64,000 bases of DNA from the IMG/VR virus record IMGVR_UViG_3300050120_000169, positions 1 through 64,000 of that record; one strand, given 5' to 3'. The notes under the pieces were generated by a model. The model saw nothing but the letters and a program-made list of their open reading frames with translations, was not told the DNA's origin and did no database searches. Position 1 is the stretch's first letter; each line of letters opens with the position of its first letter. Shown here in pieces: positions 38,836 through 47,629 of this stretch. The DNA comes from a virus. The translations under genes and the position numbers were made by a program.

Positions 38836-39089
38836 GAGACATCATGGATAACTGCGGCCTTTGCATGAGTTTTTACTTCGACGCAATCAACAATGTCGGG
38901 TACTTGCGTTTTACCCTCGAAGGGTACGAAGAATTTCTGTCCGACGAATATCTGTTGGAGCACGGGTTCATCTAAACCCGCCAGCAGCCTTTAACCCACT
39001 GGAGACTGTCATGAGCAAACTTATTACACTGGCGATCATCGGCACGGCTGTCGTGATGTCCTTTGCTGCCTGGGTCTAATCCAAAACAT

Positions 39090-39117
39090 TTGACAAATCG
39101 GGCAGATGCCATATACT
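39090..39117 (+). promoter_or_regulatory. Sigma70-type promoter
   Basis: TTGACA-16 bp-TATACT. Confidence 0.75.
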
Positions 39118-39134
39118 GCCCCCTATCCTAACCA

Positions 39135-39869
39135 ATGGAGTGGACAATGAGTAAAAAAGAGATTCCGGTTATTTTTCGAGGCGACCGGCGATTCTATCGC
39201 GTGATTGGGGTGCAAGACGATGTGTTTTACGGGTTGAATCTCGAAATCAGTCAGCACTCCCACGGGGTCATGAATCTGATCTTGGCGCTGGCCTGCATTG
39301 GCGACCCGCCCAAGACCACACCATTCAAGAAGCGCGCTCATGGTGCGTTCCTGATGGCTTACGAGGAAAACCCGGATCCCGACACCAAACCGGTCGTTGT
39401 GCAGGGGTGGCGTCTGGACAAGATCGAGCGCAAGCTGGGTAAGAACCTGTCGGCCTTCGAAGGGACTCAGCACATCATGGATCAAGTACCTGCCATGAAG
39501 GCGTGGCTGGATGAGACCATGGAAAATGCTGGCATCGTACCGCTGTACAACGATGTGGGTGAGATTTTCCAGTATTTCTTCGGCAAAGACAACATGCCGG
39601 AGGCCGAGCGCTTCCCACTGGAATTGCCGGTTGTGGGTAAATCTGCGGATGGGGTCACTGATGTGGCCTTCACCATGGATTACAGCAAGTACAAGGGCGG
39701 TGCGATTGATCCGGCCAGTGGTGAAATTCTGCCCGAGGATCCGATGTTAGGCGATGTAGGCGACGCCAGCACCGATACCGGCCATATGCCCCATGGATGG
39801 AAGGCACAGTCCGAGGGCGGCCCAATAGATGGCGCTGATGCTGACGCCCAAGACCCGGAGGACATGTAA
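39135..39869 (+). CDS. Hypothetical protein with acidic C-terminus
   Basis: Long ORF after promoter. Confidence 0.6.
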   Translation: MEWTMSKKEIPVIFRGDRRFYRVIGVQDDVFYGLNLEISQHSHGVMNLILALACIGDPPKTTPFKKRAHGAFLMAYEENPDPDTKPVVVQGWRLDKIERKLGKNLSAFEGTQHIMDQVPAMKAWLDETMENAGIVPLYNDVGEIFQYFFGKDNMPEAERFPLELPVVGKSADGVTDVAFTMDYSKYKGGAIDPASGEILPEDPMLGDVGDASTDTGHMPHGWKAQSEGGPIDGADADAQDPEDM

Positions 39870-39871
39870 CC

Positions 39872-40057
39872 ATGAAGCTGCTATCGACCAACCATAAAGT
39901 CGAGAAAGTCCGTTCGTTACGGCCTAGTGACTTAAACAACTGGGAACAGGGCTTTAGAGACACCATCGAGCGGTTGGCCTTGGCTAACAAAATCGGTGAC
40001 TTGACCGATAACCAGCTTGATGTACTTGACCGGTTGTACGAGAAACATTTTACCTAG
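39872..40057 (+). CDS. Hypothetical protein
   Basis: LNNWEQGF...LTDNQ...L..LY small phage protein pattern. Confidence 0.55.
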   Translation: MKLLSTNHKVEKVRSLRPSDLNNWEQGFRDTIERLALANKIGDLTDNQLDVLDRLYEKHFT

Positions 40058-40237
40058 GAGTCTATTATGATTTTCACCCCATATGAAATGGGTTGGGCAA
40101 TTTCAGTCGGTATCATTATTGGCTTTGCCTTACATGGCGTGTGTCGAATGATGCTTATTCGGAAATAAAGTCCAGCCCTAGGCCTCGCGTGCGGGGTCTA
40201 TAGACGGATTTTCCCGTCGCTTACGGAGTTAGTCATA

Positions 40238-40744
40238 ATGGCAAATAAGAAACCCTTGTTTCAGAAGCAAGGTGCATGGGCGACTGGACTGGCAACACGT
40301 CCGGTCTTTATCGATGGCCTTACGCACTCGTTGTTTTACCTGATCGTCGGCTGCAAAAACAGCGCAGACAGCTATCAAGCGGTCGTCGTTGGTCGGTTCG
40401 CACCTGACGTGTTCAAGATCAAGTTCTATGGCAAGTTCGAGGATTTCGGCTTCACCAAGAGCAGCATTTCCGACAAGTTCGGTGGCAGTAGCTTTCTGGA
40501 TCGCAGCGACAAAGACGACGCGGGCTACCAGCGCTATTACACCAACCGTGACGGCTTGGCGAAGATCCTGAAGGCCTTGGGCGAAACCCGTGGCGTGACT
40601 GTGGCACCGCTGGAGCAAGTGCTCGATGCCTATAACATGCCGCAACCCGAGCGCGCCAAGATCGCCAATCAGGTGCATCCTGCGCGTGGCGGCCACCGCC
40701 CGACCCTGCCGTTCAAACCGGTGCCGGTTTTGCAACACGCTTGA
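40238..40744 (+). CDS. Hypothetical protein
   Basis: ORF with GGAG RBS. Confidence 0.6.
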   Translation: MANKKPLFQKQGAWATGLATRPVFIDGLTHSLFYLIVGCKNSADSYQAVVVGRFAPDVFKIKFYGKFEDFGFTKSSISDKFGGSSFLDRSDKDDAGYQRYYTNRDGLAKILKALGETRGVTVAPLEQVLDAYNMPQPERAKIANQVHPARGGHRPTLPFKPVPVLQHA

Positions 40745-40771
40745 CCCTCGCCAGGATCGGCCTGACCCCGC

Positions 40772-40800
40772 TTGAATCTAGGCGGGGTTTCTGCTATAGT
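40772..40800 (+). promoter_or_regulatory. Putative promoter overlapping a terminator-like hairpin
   Basis: TTGAAT-17 bp-TATAGT with TG; lies within ACCCCGC...GCGGGGT-TT. Confidence 0.5.
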
Positions 40801-40929
40801 AGTTACACATTCCAGTGCCGACACACTAGAAAAAGTACCAAGCTCAAGAGCCTTTGAGTGTGTGACTCTTTAATTCTTTCGGGAATCCCGGTGTCGGCTG
40901 GGGGGTCATGCACTTAAGGGCTTTTTCTT

Positions 40930-41961
40930 ATGAGTCTCTGGACCGATCTATCAGCACGCGGGCGTAATCTGGTGTTACACGAACTGGAGCGCGTGTTCGA
41001 TCCTAATACTGGGCGATTCTTGTCCCAGCTTCTTTACTGGTATTCCCCCGACTCCAAGCATGACACCCGAGCGACTGTCCAATACGATGGGCGATCCTGG
41101 GTGGCGCGCACCAAAGAGCAGTGGATTATCGACACCAACATGTCAGAGTGGCGGATCCGGGTGGCTATGGAGCGCCTGCTTGAACTTGGTTTGATCGAGC
41201 GGCAAATACTTCCCTACCACAACCAGCAAGTCCGGCACCTGTGGCTAAATGTCCCGGCCCTGGTGGAGTTCATTGCACAAAACGATGCACGCGAAGAACT
41301 GTCTCAGGAGCAGGGGGAGTGTGAATTCCTCACGACCCCCGTGAGTGTTCCTCACGCCCTCTATAAATACAAAGAATTAGAAGAGAGCTTTACAGTCACA
41401 GCCCCTGGACAAGCCCCAGGGACTAACACCCATACCCTGGCTGACTTATCACAGGGACAGGAGAACACAACCATGAACATCAATGACGTCCTGGCAAACA
41501 AAAAGATAGCTGCCCCCGTGGCGAATGTAACGCCCTCGGTACTGGCACTCTTTTGGAAGAAACGACAGGCCGAGTACATCGGGGGGTATGTCAAGGATTT
41601 GACTGGCAAACAACTAGGTCAGCTTAAATTCTTACTGAAGGGTGTCGGCCCCGAGCGATCCCTCGCGGTGATTAATTTCGTGTTCGAGAACTGGGCGCGC
41701 TTTGCCCTGCAAGTAAAGTCTGACAAAGGATTGTTGACTGTTCCTGCGGCCCCGGACATTGGCTTTTTGACCGCTTATCACGACATCGCCGTGCAATTGA
41801 TTGCGGAAAAACAGCCGACCTCGCCAGTGAGTGCAAAACCGGTTATCATACCGGTAACGCCAAAACTGGAGAAAAACCCGGAACCGGCTGAGGTTGAGAA
41901 GAAAATGAGTTACGAAGAAATGATGGGGTACGTGGCTTCGGTTAAGGCCGGTAAGGAGTAG
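40930..41961 (+). CDS. Putative replication initiator (winged HTH)
   Basis: FLSQLLYW, WVART..W...T.MSE..IR.AM.RL.ELGLIE; upstream of loader and helicase. Confidence 0.6.
   Translation: MSLWTDLSARGRNLVLHELERVFDPNTGRFLSQLLYWYSPDSKHDTRATVQYDGRSWVARTKEQWIIDTNMSEWRIRVAMERLLELGLIERQILPYHNQQVRHLWLNVPALVEFIAQNDAREELSQEQGECEFLTTPVSVPHALYKYKELEESFTVTAPGQAPGTNTHTLADLSQGQENTTMNINDVLANKKIAAPVANVTPSVLALFWKKRQAEYIGGYVKDLTGKQLGQLKFLLKGVGPERSLAVINFVFENWARFALQVKSDKGLLTVPAAPDIGFLTAYHDIAVQLIAEKQPTSPVSAKPVIIPVTPKLEKNPEPAEVEKKMSYEEMMGYVASVKAGKE
41791..41806. repeat. Dispersed palindrome copy 11
   Basis: GTGCAATTGATTGCGG, in CDS. Confidence 0.9.
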
Positions 41962-41963
41962 TC

Positions 41964-42506
41964 GTGAGCGCTGTAGCGGAGCAGAAACCAGTCGAAGTGA
42001 TCGATAAGACCGTTCACTGGCAAATTCTGAAGGAAATGACGCGTGTTTGCGAAATTGCAAACGTGCCGCCTCAGTTCGTCCGTAATTCGATGAAAAGTTA
42101 CTGTACCGACAGTGAGATAGAGTGGGTGCGGACGTTCAATGTCACGCGCAAGGATGGCCTGGGAGGTTTATGCCTGACCGGAGCGGATTCTATTACGCGT
42201 TGCATGGCCGTTACCGGTACGCTGGTGCGGCATTTTGTTGATGCTCGACTGATGACGCTGAATAACGTGGTGGGTAGCCCCGAGGCCGCAGTATTGCCGA
42301 CCGTACTGGTGATTCCGAATTTCTACGTCAAGAGCACGGCAGGTAAGCAGTTGACCGGCTGGCAGGTTCAAACGCTGTTCGATGTGATGCTGGCGCGATT
42401 CAGTGCCAACAAACCGACCGTGGTTTATGTCGAGGACAAGAAGGCCCTCGCATTGGATTACGGCGCGCAGATGGCCGACCACATACAGCAATTCGCGCAA
42501 GCCTAA
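41964..42506 (+). CDS. Degenerate DnaC/IstB-like helicase loader
   Basis: ANVP..F, GLCLTG, LF.VM.ARF...KPTVV; between initiator and helicase; no intact Walker A. Confidence 0.45.
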   Translation: MSAVAEQKPVEVIDKTVHWQILKEMTRVCEIANVPPQFVRNSMKSYCTDSEIEWVRTFNVTRKDGLGGLCLTGADSITRCMAVTGTLVRHFVDARLMTLNNVVGSPEAAVLPTVLVIPNFYVKSTAGKQLTGWQVQTLFDVMLARFSANKPTVVYVEDKKALALDYGAQMADHIQQFAQA

Positions 42507-42524
42507 GATACGGAAGGATATAAA

Positions 42525-42971
42525 ATGGCGGTGAACCGTTACAGTCACCCTGTACACGGCATGAAGGGAACGCCGACTTATCAATCATGGGAATCCATGA
42601 AGCGGCGTTGCAAAGACCCGAAGAAGAAATATGTTCAGCGCGGGATTAAAGTTTGCGAGCGCTGGGAAAGTTTTCTGAATTTTTTGGCAGATATGGGGAT
42701 TAGGCCAGAAGGCACGACCTTAGAACGCCAAAATAATGATAAAGGTTATGCGCCTGGAAATTGTATATGGGCCACCATGAAAGAGCAGTCAAGAAACAAA
42801 ACTTCAAATGTTTTCTTGACGTTTGACAATGAAACTCTATGTACAGCCGACTGGGCTAGAAAAACTGGTATCAGCCATAAGGTGATTCGGGAACGAGTCA
42901 ACCGAGGCTGGTCCGTAGAAGATGCACTAACAATTAAGCCCGTAGTCGGAGCAAATAGTCATGGCTGTTAA
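42525..42971 (+). mobile_element. HNH-type homing endonuclease
   Basis: TYQSW.SMKRRC, RGIKVCERW.SF..FLADMG.RP, TLER.NND.GY.PGNC.WAT. Confidence 0.8.
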
Positions 42972-44256
42972 TCTCGGTCTTCGGGCGATTCGTCGCCTCT
43001 GCGAACAACAGGAAACATACGAGTGGTATAAGTCAAAACTGAGTCCGTTGTTGTTTAAACCGAACGAACAGCCAGTTTTTAAGTGGGTTGACGATTTCGT
43101 ACGGACTCACCACGCACTACCTCAAATCGATACGTTGGTGAAATACTTCCCCGCCGTGGCTGATGTCCCGGCGACCGAAGTAGCTAGTTATTACGTGGAC
43201 TTGCTGGAGAACGATTACTGCTTTTCGAAAATCGTGCAGTGTGGTCAGGATAGTGCCAACCTACTGAAAGAGAATAATGCGGCCTGGAAGCCAGCCGCCG
43301 AGATCCTGCGGCGAACGCTTAACGACATTTCCCGCCAGCAGTATCGGGAAAAGATTATGGATTTCGGAGCCGAGGCCAATAGTTTGTTGACCAAGACCTA
43401 TTACGGCTTGGAGAAAGTGCCGAATATCAGCGGTTTTGGCTGGCCGTACATGGATGAAATGGGTGGGGCGATGCCCGGGGACGTGGTGAGCTTCATTGGA
43501 CGCCCACAAATGGGTAAGTCTTGGCTCACGTTGTACACCGCGCTACATAACTGGCGAGTGCGCAAGCACAGTGTGTTGTTCGTCAGCATGGAAATGAGTC
43601 ACTTGCCAATCGCCCAACGTGCGGCGACGATGATTGCCCACACGAATTTGACGCAGTTAAAGCACGGGCACCATTCGGACAAGGGTTATTCGACGCAGAC
43701 CGAGAAGCTGTTTTTCTCCAGTATGGAGACGATCACCAGTCCAGTCGAAGACGGTGGCGCACGGTTGTACATTGTTGACGGTAACCTAGCAGCGGACATG
43801 GAGGACATCTTCTCCCTGGCTGATCAATTGGGATGTCAGACGGTGATTATTGACGGCGCTTATCTTTGCCGCCACAAAAACGGACGCCTGGACCGATTCA
43901 CACGAGCGGCTGAAAACTGCGAAAGCATGAAGCGCTACAGCAATGACCTGATGCTCGCCAGCTTTGCTAGTTGGCAGTTCAACCGGCAGGCGGCGGATAA
44001 GCAGAAGAAAAAAGGCGGCACGGCTGAAATTGGGTTGGAAGACATCGGGTACTCGGATGCCATTCCCCAGATCAGTAGTATCGTGCTGGGGCTATTCCAA
44101 GAAGACGGGGTGGAGACTATGACCAAGAAAAACATCCGGGTCATGAAAGGCCGGGGTGGCGAGGTAGGTGAGTTCGACATTGGGTGGGATTTCAACACTA
44201 TGAATTTTGATCAAATCGGGATTAAGACCGAGGATTTTCAAAATATTTATATTTGA
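42961..44256 (+). CDS. DnaB-like replicative helicase
   Basis: GRPQMGKS, VLFVSMEM, VIIDGAYL, QFNR, IGYSDAI.Q, MKGRGG. Confidence 0.9.
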   Translation: MAVNLGLRAIRRLCEQQETYEWYKSKLSPLLFKPNEQPVFKWVDDFVRTHHALPQIDTLVKYFPAVADVPATEVASYYVDLLENDYCFSKIVQCGQDSANLLKENNAAWKPAAEILRRTLNDISRQQYREKIMDFGAEANSLLTKTYYGLEKVPNISGFGWPYMDEMGGAMPGDVVSFIGRPQMGKSWLTLYTALHNWRVRKHSVLFVSMEMSHLPIAQRAATMIAHTNLTQLKHGHHSDKGYSTQTEKLFFSSMETITSPVEDGGARLYIVDGNLAADMEDIFSLADQLGCQTVIIDGAYLCRHKNGRLDRFTRAAENCESMKRYSNDLMLASFASWQFNRQAADKQKKKGGTAEIGLEDIGYSDAIPQISSIVLGLFQEDGVETMTKKNIRVMKGRGGEVGEFDIGWDFNTMNFDQIGIKTEDFQNIYI

Positions 44257-44280
44257 CAAATATCGAATTCGGCTTATAAT
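44253..44280 (+). promoter_or_regulatory. Sigma70-type promoter
   Basis: Consensus TTGACA-16 bp-TATAAT. Confidence 0.8.
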
Positions 44281-44470
44281 GCAATCTGGTTGGGTGGCGG
44301 ATTGCGCCGGAACCCCCAGGCGGCTGGGTGTCTCCCGTGCGATTTGCCGCTCGACCGCCTTAACAAGTGCGGTTAAGCGGATAGGTTGTTTGATCATGCC
44401 CACCTGGGGGATGCCCAGGGGTTGTATGGCTGGCAGGCTGTCTACTTAACCGCATTTCAACCTCAATGGA

Positions 44471-45274
44471 GTGACTATGACCGTATTACATGAATTACTT
44501 GCAGCAGAAAAGACGGTGACCAGTGCGCGTGACCGCCTCACCGAAGACACAGACAACAAGTTCGGCAAGCAGGAATCCTTCTTTACCGGGGGCACCAAAA
44601 CCCTCGAAATGTTGGGTGACGATCAAGCCAATAAGTCCATCGAAGCCGCAGCGCGGGCCGACAAGGAACTGGCAACCACTGTGGTAGCGACACTTGACTA
44701 CTACCTGACGTATTGGGCCAAGGCCGAGACGTTACTGGCGCAAAAGAACCTGACCAATACCCGGGCACTGGCTGACCTCGAATTTCGCGGCACCACGATT
44801 GCCAACGATGTACCGGTTGACGAACTGATGGGCCTGGAAGTGCGGCTGACGGATTTTCGTAAGCTGGCTTTGCGGATCCCCACGCTCGATGCCAGCCGGG
44901 AATGGCAGTACGATACGAGTGCCGAGCAACAGGGCACCTATCGGGCGGTCAAGCCTACTGTTACGACCAAAACCGAGAAGGTGGAAGTACCGGTTATTCT
45001 GGTGCAACCGACCAAGGAACACCCGGCACAGGTCAAGATCAGTAGCGCGGACAAGGTGGTGGGCACGTTCACGACCCAGCATACCAGCGGCGCTATTGCG
45101 GCGATTCAGAAGGCCAATTTGCTGGCGGTGATCGATGATCTGATCATTTCTGTCAAGGCCGCCCGGGTGCGTGCTAACTCGGTAGAAGTCAGCAAGGTCC
45201 CGGGTTTGGGCGAAACGATCAAAACACTGTTGATGGAGCCGTTGAAGGCGGCCCCGATCAACAATGCGGTATAA
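44471..45274 (+). CDS. Helical phage protein of unknown function, directly upstream of the tRNA-like RNAs
   Basis: LHELLAAEK, IPTLD, KEHPAQV, VKAARVRAN. Confidence 0.65.
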   Translation: MTMTVLHELLAAEKTVTSARDRLTEDTDNKFGKQESFFTGGTKTLEMLGDDQANKSIEAAARADKELATTVVATLDYYLTYWAKAETLLAQKNLTNTRALADLEFRGTTIANDVPVDELMGLEVRLTDFRKLALRIPTLDASREWQYDTSAEQQGTYRAVKPTVTTKTEKVEVPVILVQPTKEHPAQVKISSADKVVGTFTTQHTSGAIAAIQKANLLAVIDDLIISVKAARVRANSVEVSKVPGLGETIKTLLMEPLKAAPINNAV

Positions 45275-45288
45275 ACAGTAAGTGCGAA

Positions 45289-45460
45289 ACAGGTAGCGTT
45301 ATCGTTATAGTTGGCGTCGGGTTAGGTTGGTTCGAATCCAACCCGTCCCGCCAAGTTTTCCGCAATTAACTGCGGAGGATTTCACGGGACGGTGGCCGAG
45401 TGGATACAGGCCCACATGCGAATGTGGAAAGACCCAGTTTATGATTTTCGTATCACCTGT
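45289..45460 (+). ncRNA. Circularly permuted tRNA-like RNA 1 (Y RNA/YrlA-like topology)
   Basis: T-arm 45326-45342, CCGTCCC-G-CCA 45343-45353, then GGGACGG 45386-45392 and D-arm; ends pair ACAGGT/ACCTGT. Confidence 0.65.
45360..45375. repeat. Dispersed palindrome copy 12 (variant)
   Basis: CCGCAATTAACTGCGG, in loop of tRNA-like RNA 1. Confidence 0.8.
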
Positions 45461-45462
45461 CA

Positions 45463-46186
45463 GCATTGTCTTATGCAACAGCGGCAAAAGTAGTCCGGCA
45501 AGCAGCTTCGCGCACCCCTGATAAGAGCGCGAAGCATAAGTCAAGGTCATCGGTTCGAACCCGGTCGCCTCCTCCTGAGTAACTTGTAAAACTATGAATG
45601 CTAAGCAGTACATTCTTGACCGGAGTTTGGAAATAGGGGATTGCTGGATATGGCAGCAATCTACGGATAAGAATGGTTACGGTTGTGCCTGTTTTAATGG
45701 TGTGTATTTAGGCGCTCACCGGCTTTCATTCATGGCTTTTGTTGGGGAAATACCTTCTGGTATAAAAGTGTTACATACTTGCGATATTCCTTCTTGTGTG
45801 CGACCACAACATCTATTTCTTGGAAGTCATCAAGACAACATGGATGATATGGTTAAAAAAGGGAGGTCTGCCAAGGGTGTGCATATGAATACTGGAAGTG
45901 CGCACGGTTCAGCGGTTTTGACGGAAGACCAAGTTTTACTAATTCGCAAACTTTGTGAAGAAGGTAGGTCACAAAATTCAGTGGAAAGAGAATTTGGATT
46001 GTCCAAAGGACTAGTGAATAAAATAGTGCGTAGAAAACTATGGACCCACATATAGGTTACTGAGCGGAGGCGTAGCTCAGCGGTAGAGCATTGGCTAATT
46101 GAGTTATCGTAACTGGCTTGGATGTGATGAAAAACGCAGTTGGGTGAAAGCCGAAGTCCCCAGCAGGAGTCGGGCATGACAAATGC
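45463..46186 (+). ncRNA. Circularly permuted tRNA-like RNA 2 with HNH gene in the acceptor-stem loop
   Basis: T-arm 45549-45565, CGCCTCC 45566-45572, then GGAGGCG 46066-46072 and D-arm TAGCTCAGCGGTAGAGC; ends pair 45463-45476 with 46174-46186. Confidence 0.6.
45594..46055 (+). mobile_element. HNH homing endonuclease with C-terminal HTH
   Basis: CWIW, GYG, AHRLS, VLHTCD.PSCV.P.HL..G...DNM.DM..KGR; AT-rich. Confidence 0.9.
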
Positions 46187-46245
46187 GCGGGGGCTTTCTA
46201 ACTGGCCTTGGACACAGGACCGGGCAGAAAGCGCACTTCAATGGA

Positions 46246-46434
46246 GTGACCGTGATTGATACCACACAAACCCCGTATTACAAGGGTTACAAAGCCTTCC
46301 TAGATTACAACCGGGGCGATACCCCCATGCCTGACAACCCATTTGTAGAAGGTAGCAATGATTACGGGCGGTGGGTTGATGGGTATGGCGATGCTCTTGG
46401 CGACTGGGAAGCCTGGATGGAAAGCGATATTTAG
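46246..46434 (+). CDS. Small protein with Rmf-like motif
   Basis: YYKGY.A...NPF..GS..Y..W.DGY; GGAG RBS near GTG starts, start codon uncertain. Confidence 0.45.
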   Translation: MTVIDTTQTPYYKGYKAFLDYNRGDTPMPDNPFVEGSNDYGRWVDGYGDALGDWEAWMESDI

Positions 46435-46443
46435 GAGCAGCAC

Positions 46444-47280
46444 ATGGCATTGAATTTTGTTGGTGGTAAGCCGGTAAAAGTGGATAAGAAGATTATCCCT
46501 GTTGAAGAAATAAAAACCCCCGCTCCCCCTCCTTCGGGGGACTTCAAGTATTCGGATAAAGAACTGGCCGCGTTCCTGCTTGAGCAAGCACAGCAAATCA
46601 AGGCTGCGACTGCTGTACCGGGTTCGTTGTTGACCGCACAAGAACCGGAAAAGATACCGATCTACGTCAATGTTACGCATACAGTGGCCCCCGCCCCCTC
46701 GATTTTTGGATCATCGGGCATTCTAAACAACGAATTGTATGCCCAAGGCGTCACGCCACCCCCCGGGACGGTATTGGCCGATGGCACGACCACGTACTTG
46801 AGTAAGCTGCAAATCCCCGTTTCGGAATTAACGGTCGAGGACCAAGTAAAGCTTTCTCAGGACCAAGAACCGCAGTCAATTGCGGTGGAACAGGCGCACT
46901 CGGAAGTGCTGACGTTGGTAGACGAGTACACCGAACTGCAAGCGGAAATCGATGCCGTTGACATTTCTGCCCAGTTGAAAGCCCAGGAAACGATCAAAAA
47001 GCGGCTGGCGCAGATTGCCAAATCCGATAATTACCCGTCGAATAAACCCGTACAGCTATGCGGCACGCATGGCAACTACGTGGAGTTCAGCGCGGCGGCC
47101 AACTCGGTGAAGATCACCGACAAGGCGGGTATGGCGATGTATCTCGGTGCGCCAGTGTGGATTGAGCACACCGAAATGACGCTGGCCGAAGCCAAGAAGA
47201 TCCTCAGCGAAAACGAACTTGCCAAGTACACGTCTAACGTCCCGGGTAGTCGGACGCTCAAAACCGTTTATAAGGGGTAG
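46444..47280 (+). CDS. Hypothetical protein
   Basis: ORF with AGGAG RBS. Confidence 0.6.
   Translation: MALNFVGGKPVKVDKKIIPVEEIKTPAPPPSGDFKYSDKELAAFLLEQAQQIKAATAVPGSLLTAQEPEKIPIYVNVTHTVAPAPSIFGSSGILNNELYAQGVTPPPGTVLADGTTTYLSKLQIPVSELTVEDQVKLSQDQEPQSIAVEQAHSEVLTLVDEYTELQAEIDAVDISAQLKAQETIKKRLAQIAKSDNYPSNKPVQLCGTHGNYVEFSAAANSVKITDKAGMAMYLGAPVWIEHTEMTLAEAKKILSENELAKYTSNVPGSRTLKTVYKG
46870..46885. repeat. Dispersed palindrome copy 13 (variant)
   Basis: CCGCAGTCAATTGCGG, in CDS. Confidence 0.8.
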
Positions 47281-47629
47281 TCATGGTAGATACCGATGTC
47301 CTAATTGCGGCCTTGGCTGACCAGCACGATATTATTGACTCGCTGTTGGCCGAGCTTATTACTGCGAAACCCGGATGGTTCCCTACACAAAGTCCGTTGT
47401 GGCTGCGAATTGTATCCGCGCACGAGATTTTGGTGGAGGCCCAACGTGAGCAAAAAGGGTAAGCCTAAGTTTTATGTGCCCTGTACTCCGGCTGGCACGC
47501 CCTGCGTGTGGAATGCCGGAAAGACTGAGCAAGAAGCGTGGGAGAACCTCATGATGGATGCCAGTCATATGCCGTACACAGGCATAGATGCGTTCAAAGC
47601 TCGGGGCTACACAGTGGAGGAATGGGATT

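Noticed and set aside
41318-41425. Replication origin iterons (TTCCTCACG twice; GCCCC.GG twice) inside the initiator gene
   Set aside because: Only two short imperfect copies each; not enough support.
45386-45576. One ordinary intron-containing tRNA from GGGACGG to CGCCTCC
   Set aside because: These strands do not pair; each pairs 7/7 only with its permuted partner.
45289-45600. Two-piece (permuted) tmRNA
   Set aside because: No G3-U70 alanine identity pair (RNA 1 has G3-C70 and discriminator G), full D-arms are present, and no convincing tag reading frame was seen.
45463-46186. HEARO/omegaRNA-IscB RNA-guided nuclease
   Set aside because: The HNH is a 153-aa homing-type enzyme with no RuvC or PLMP motifs, and the flanking RNA is tRNA-like.
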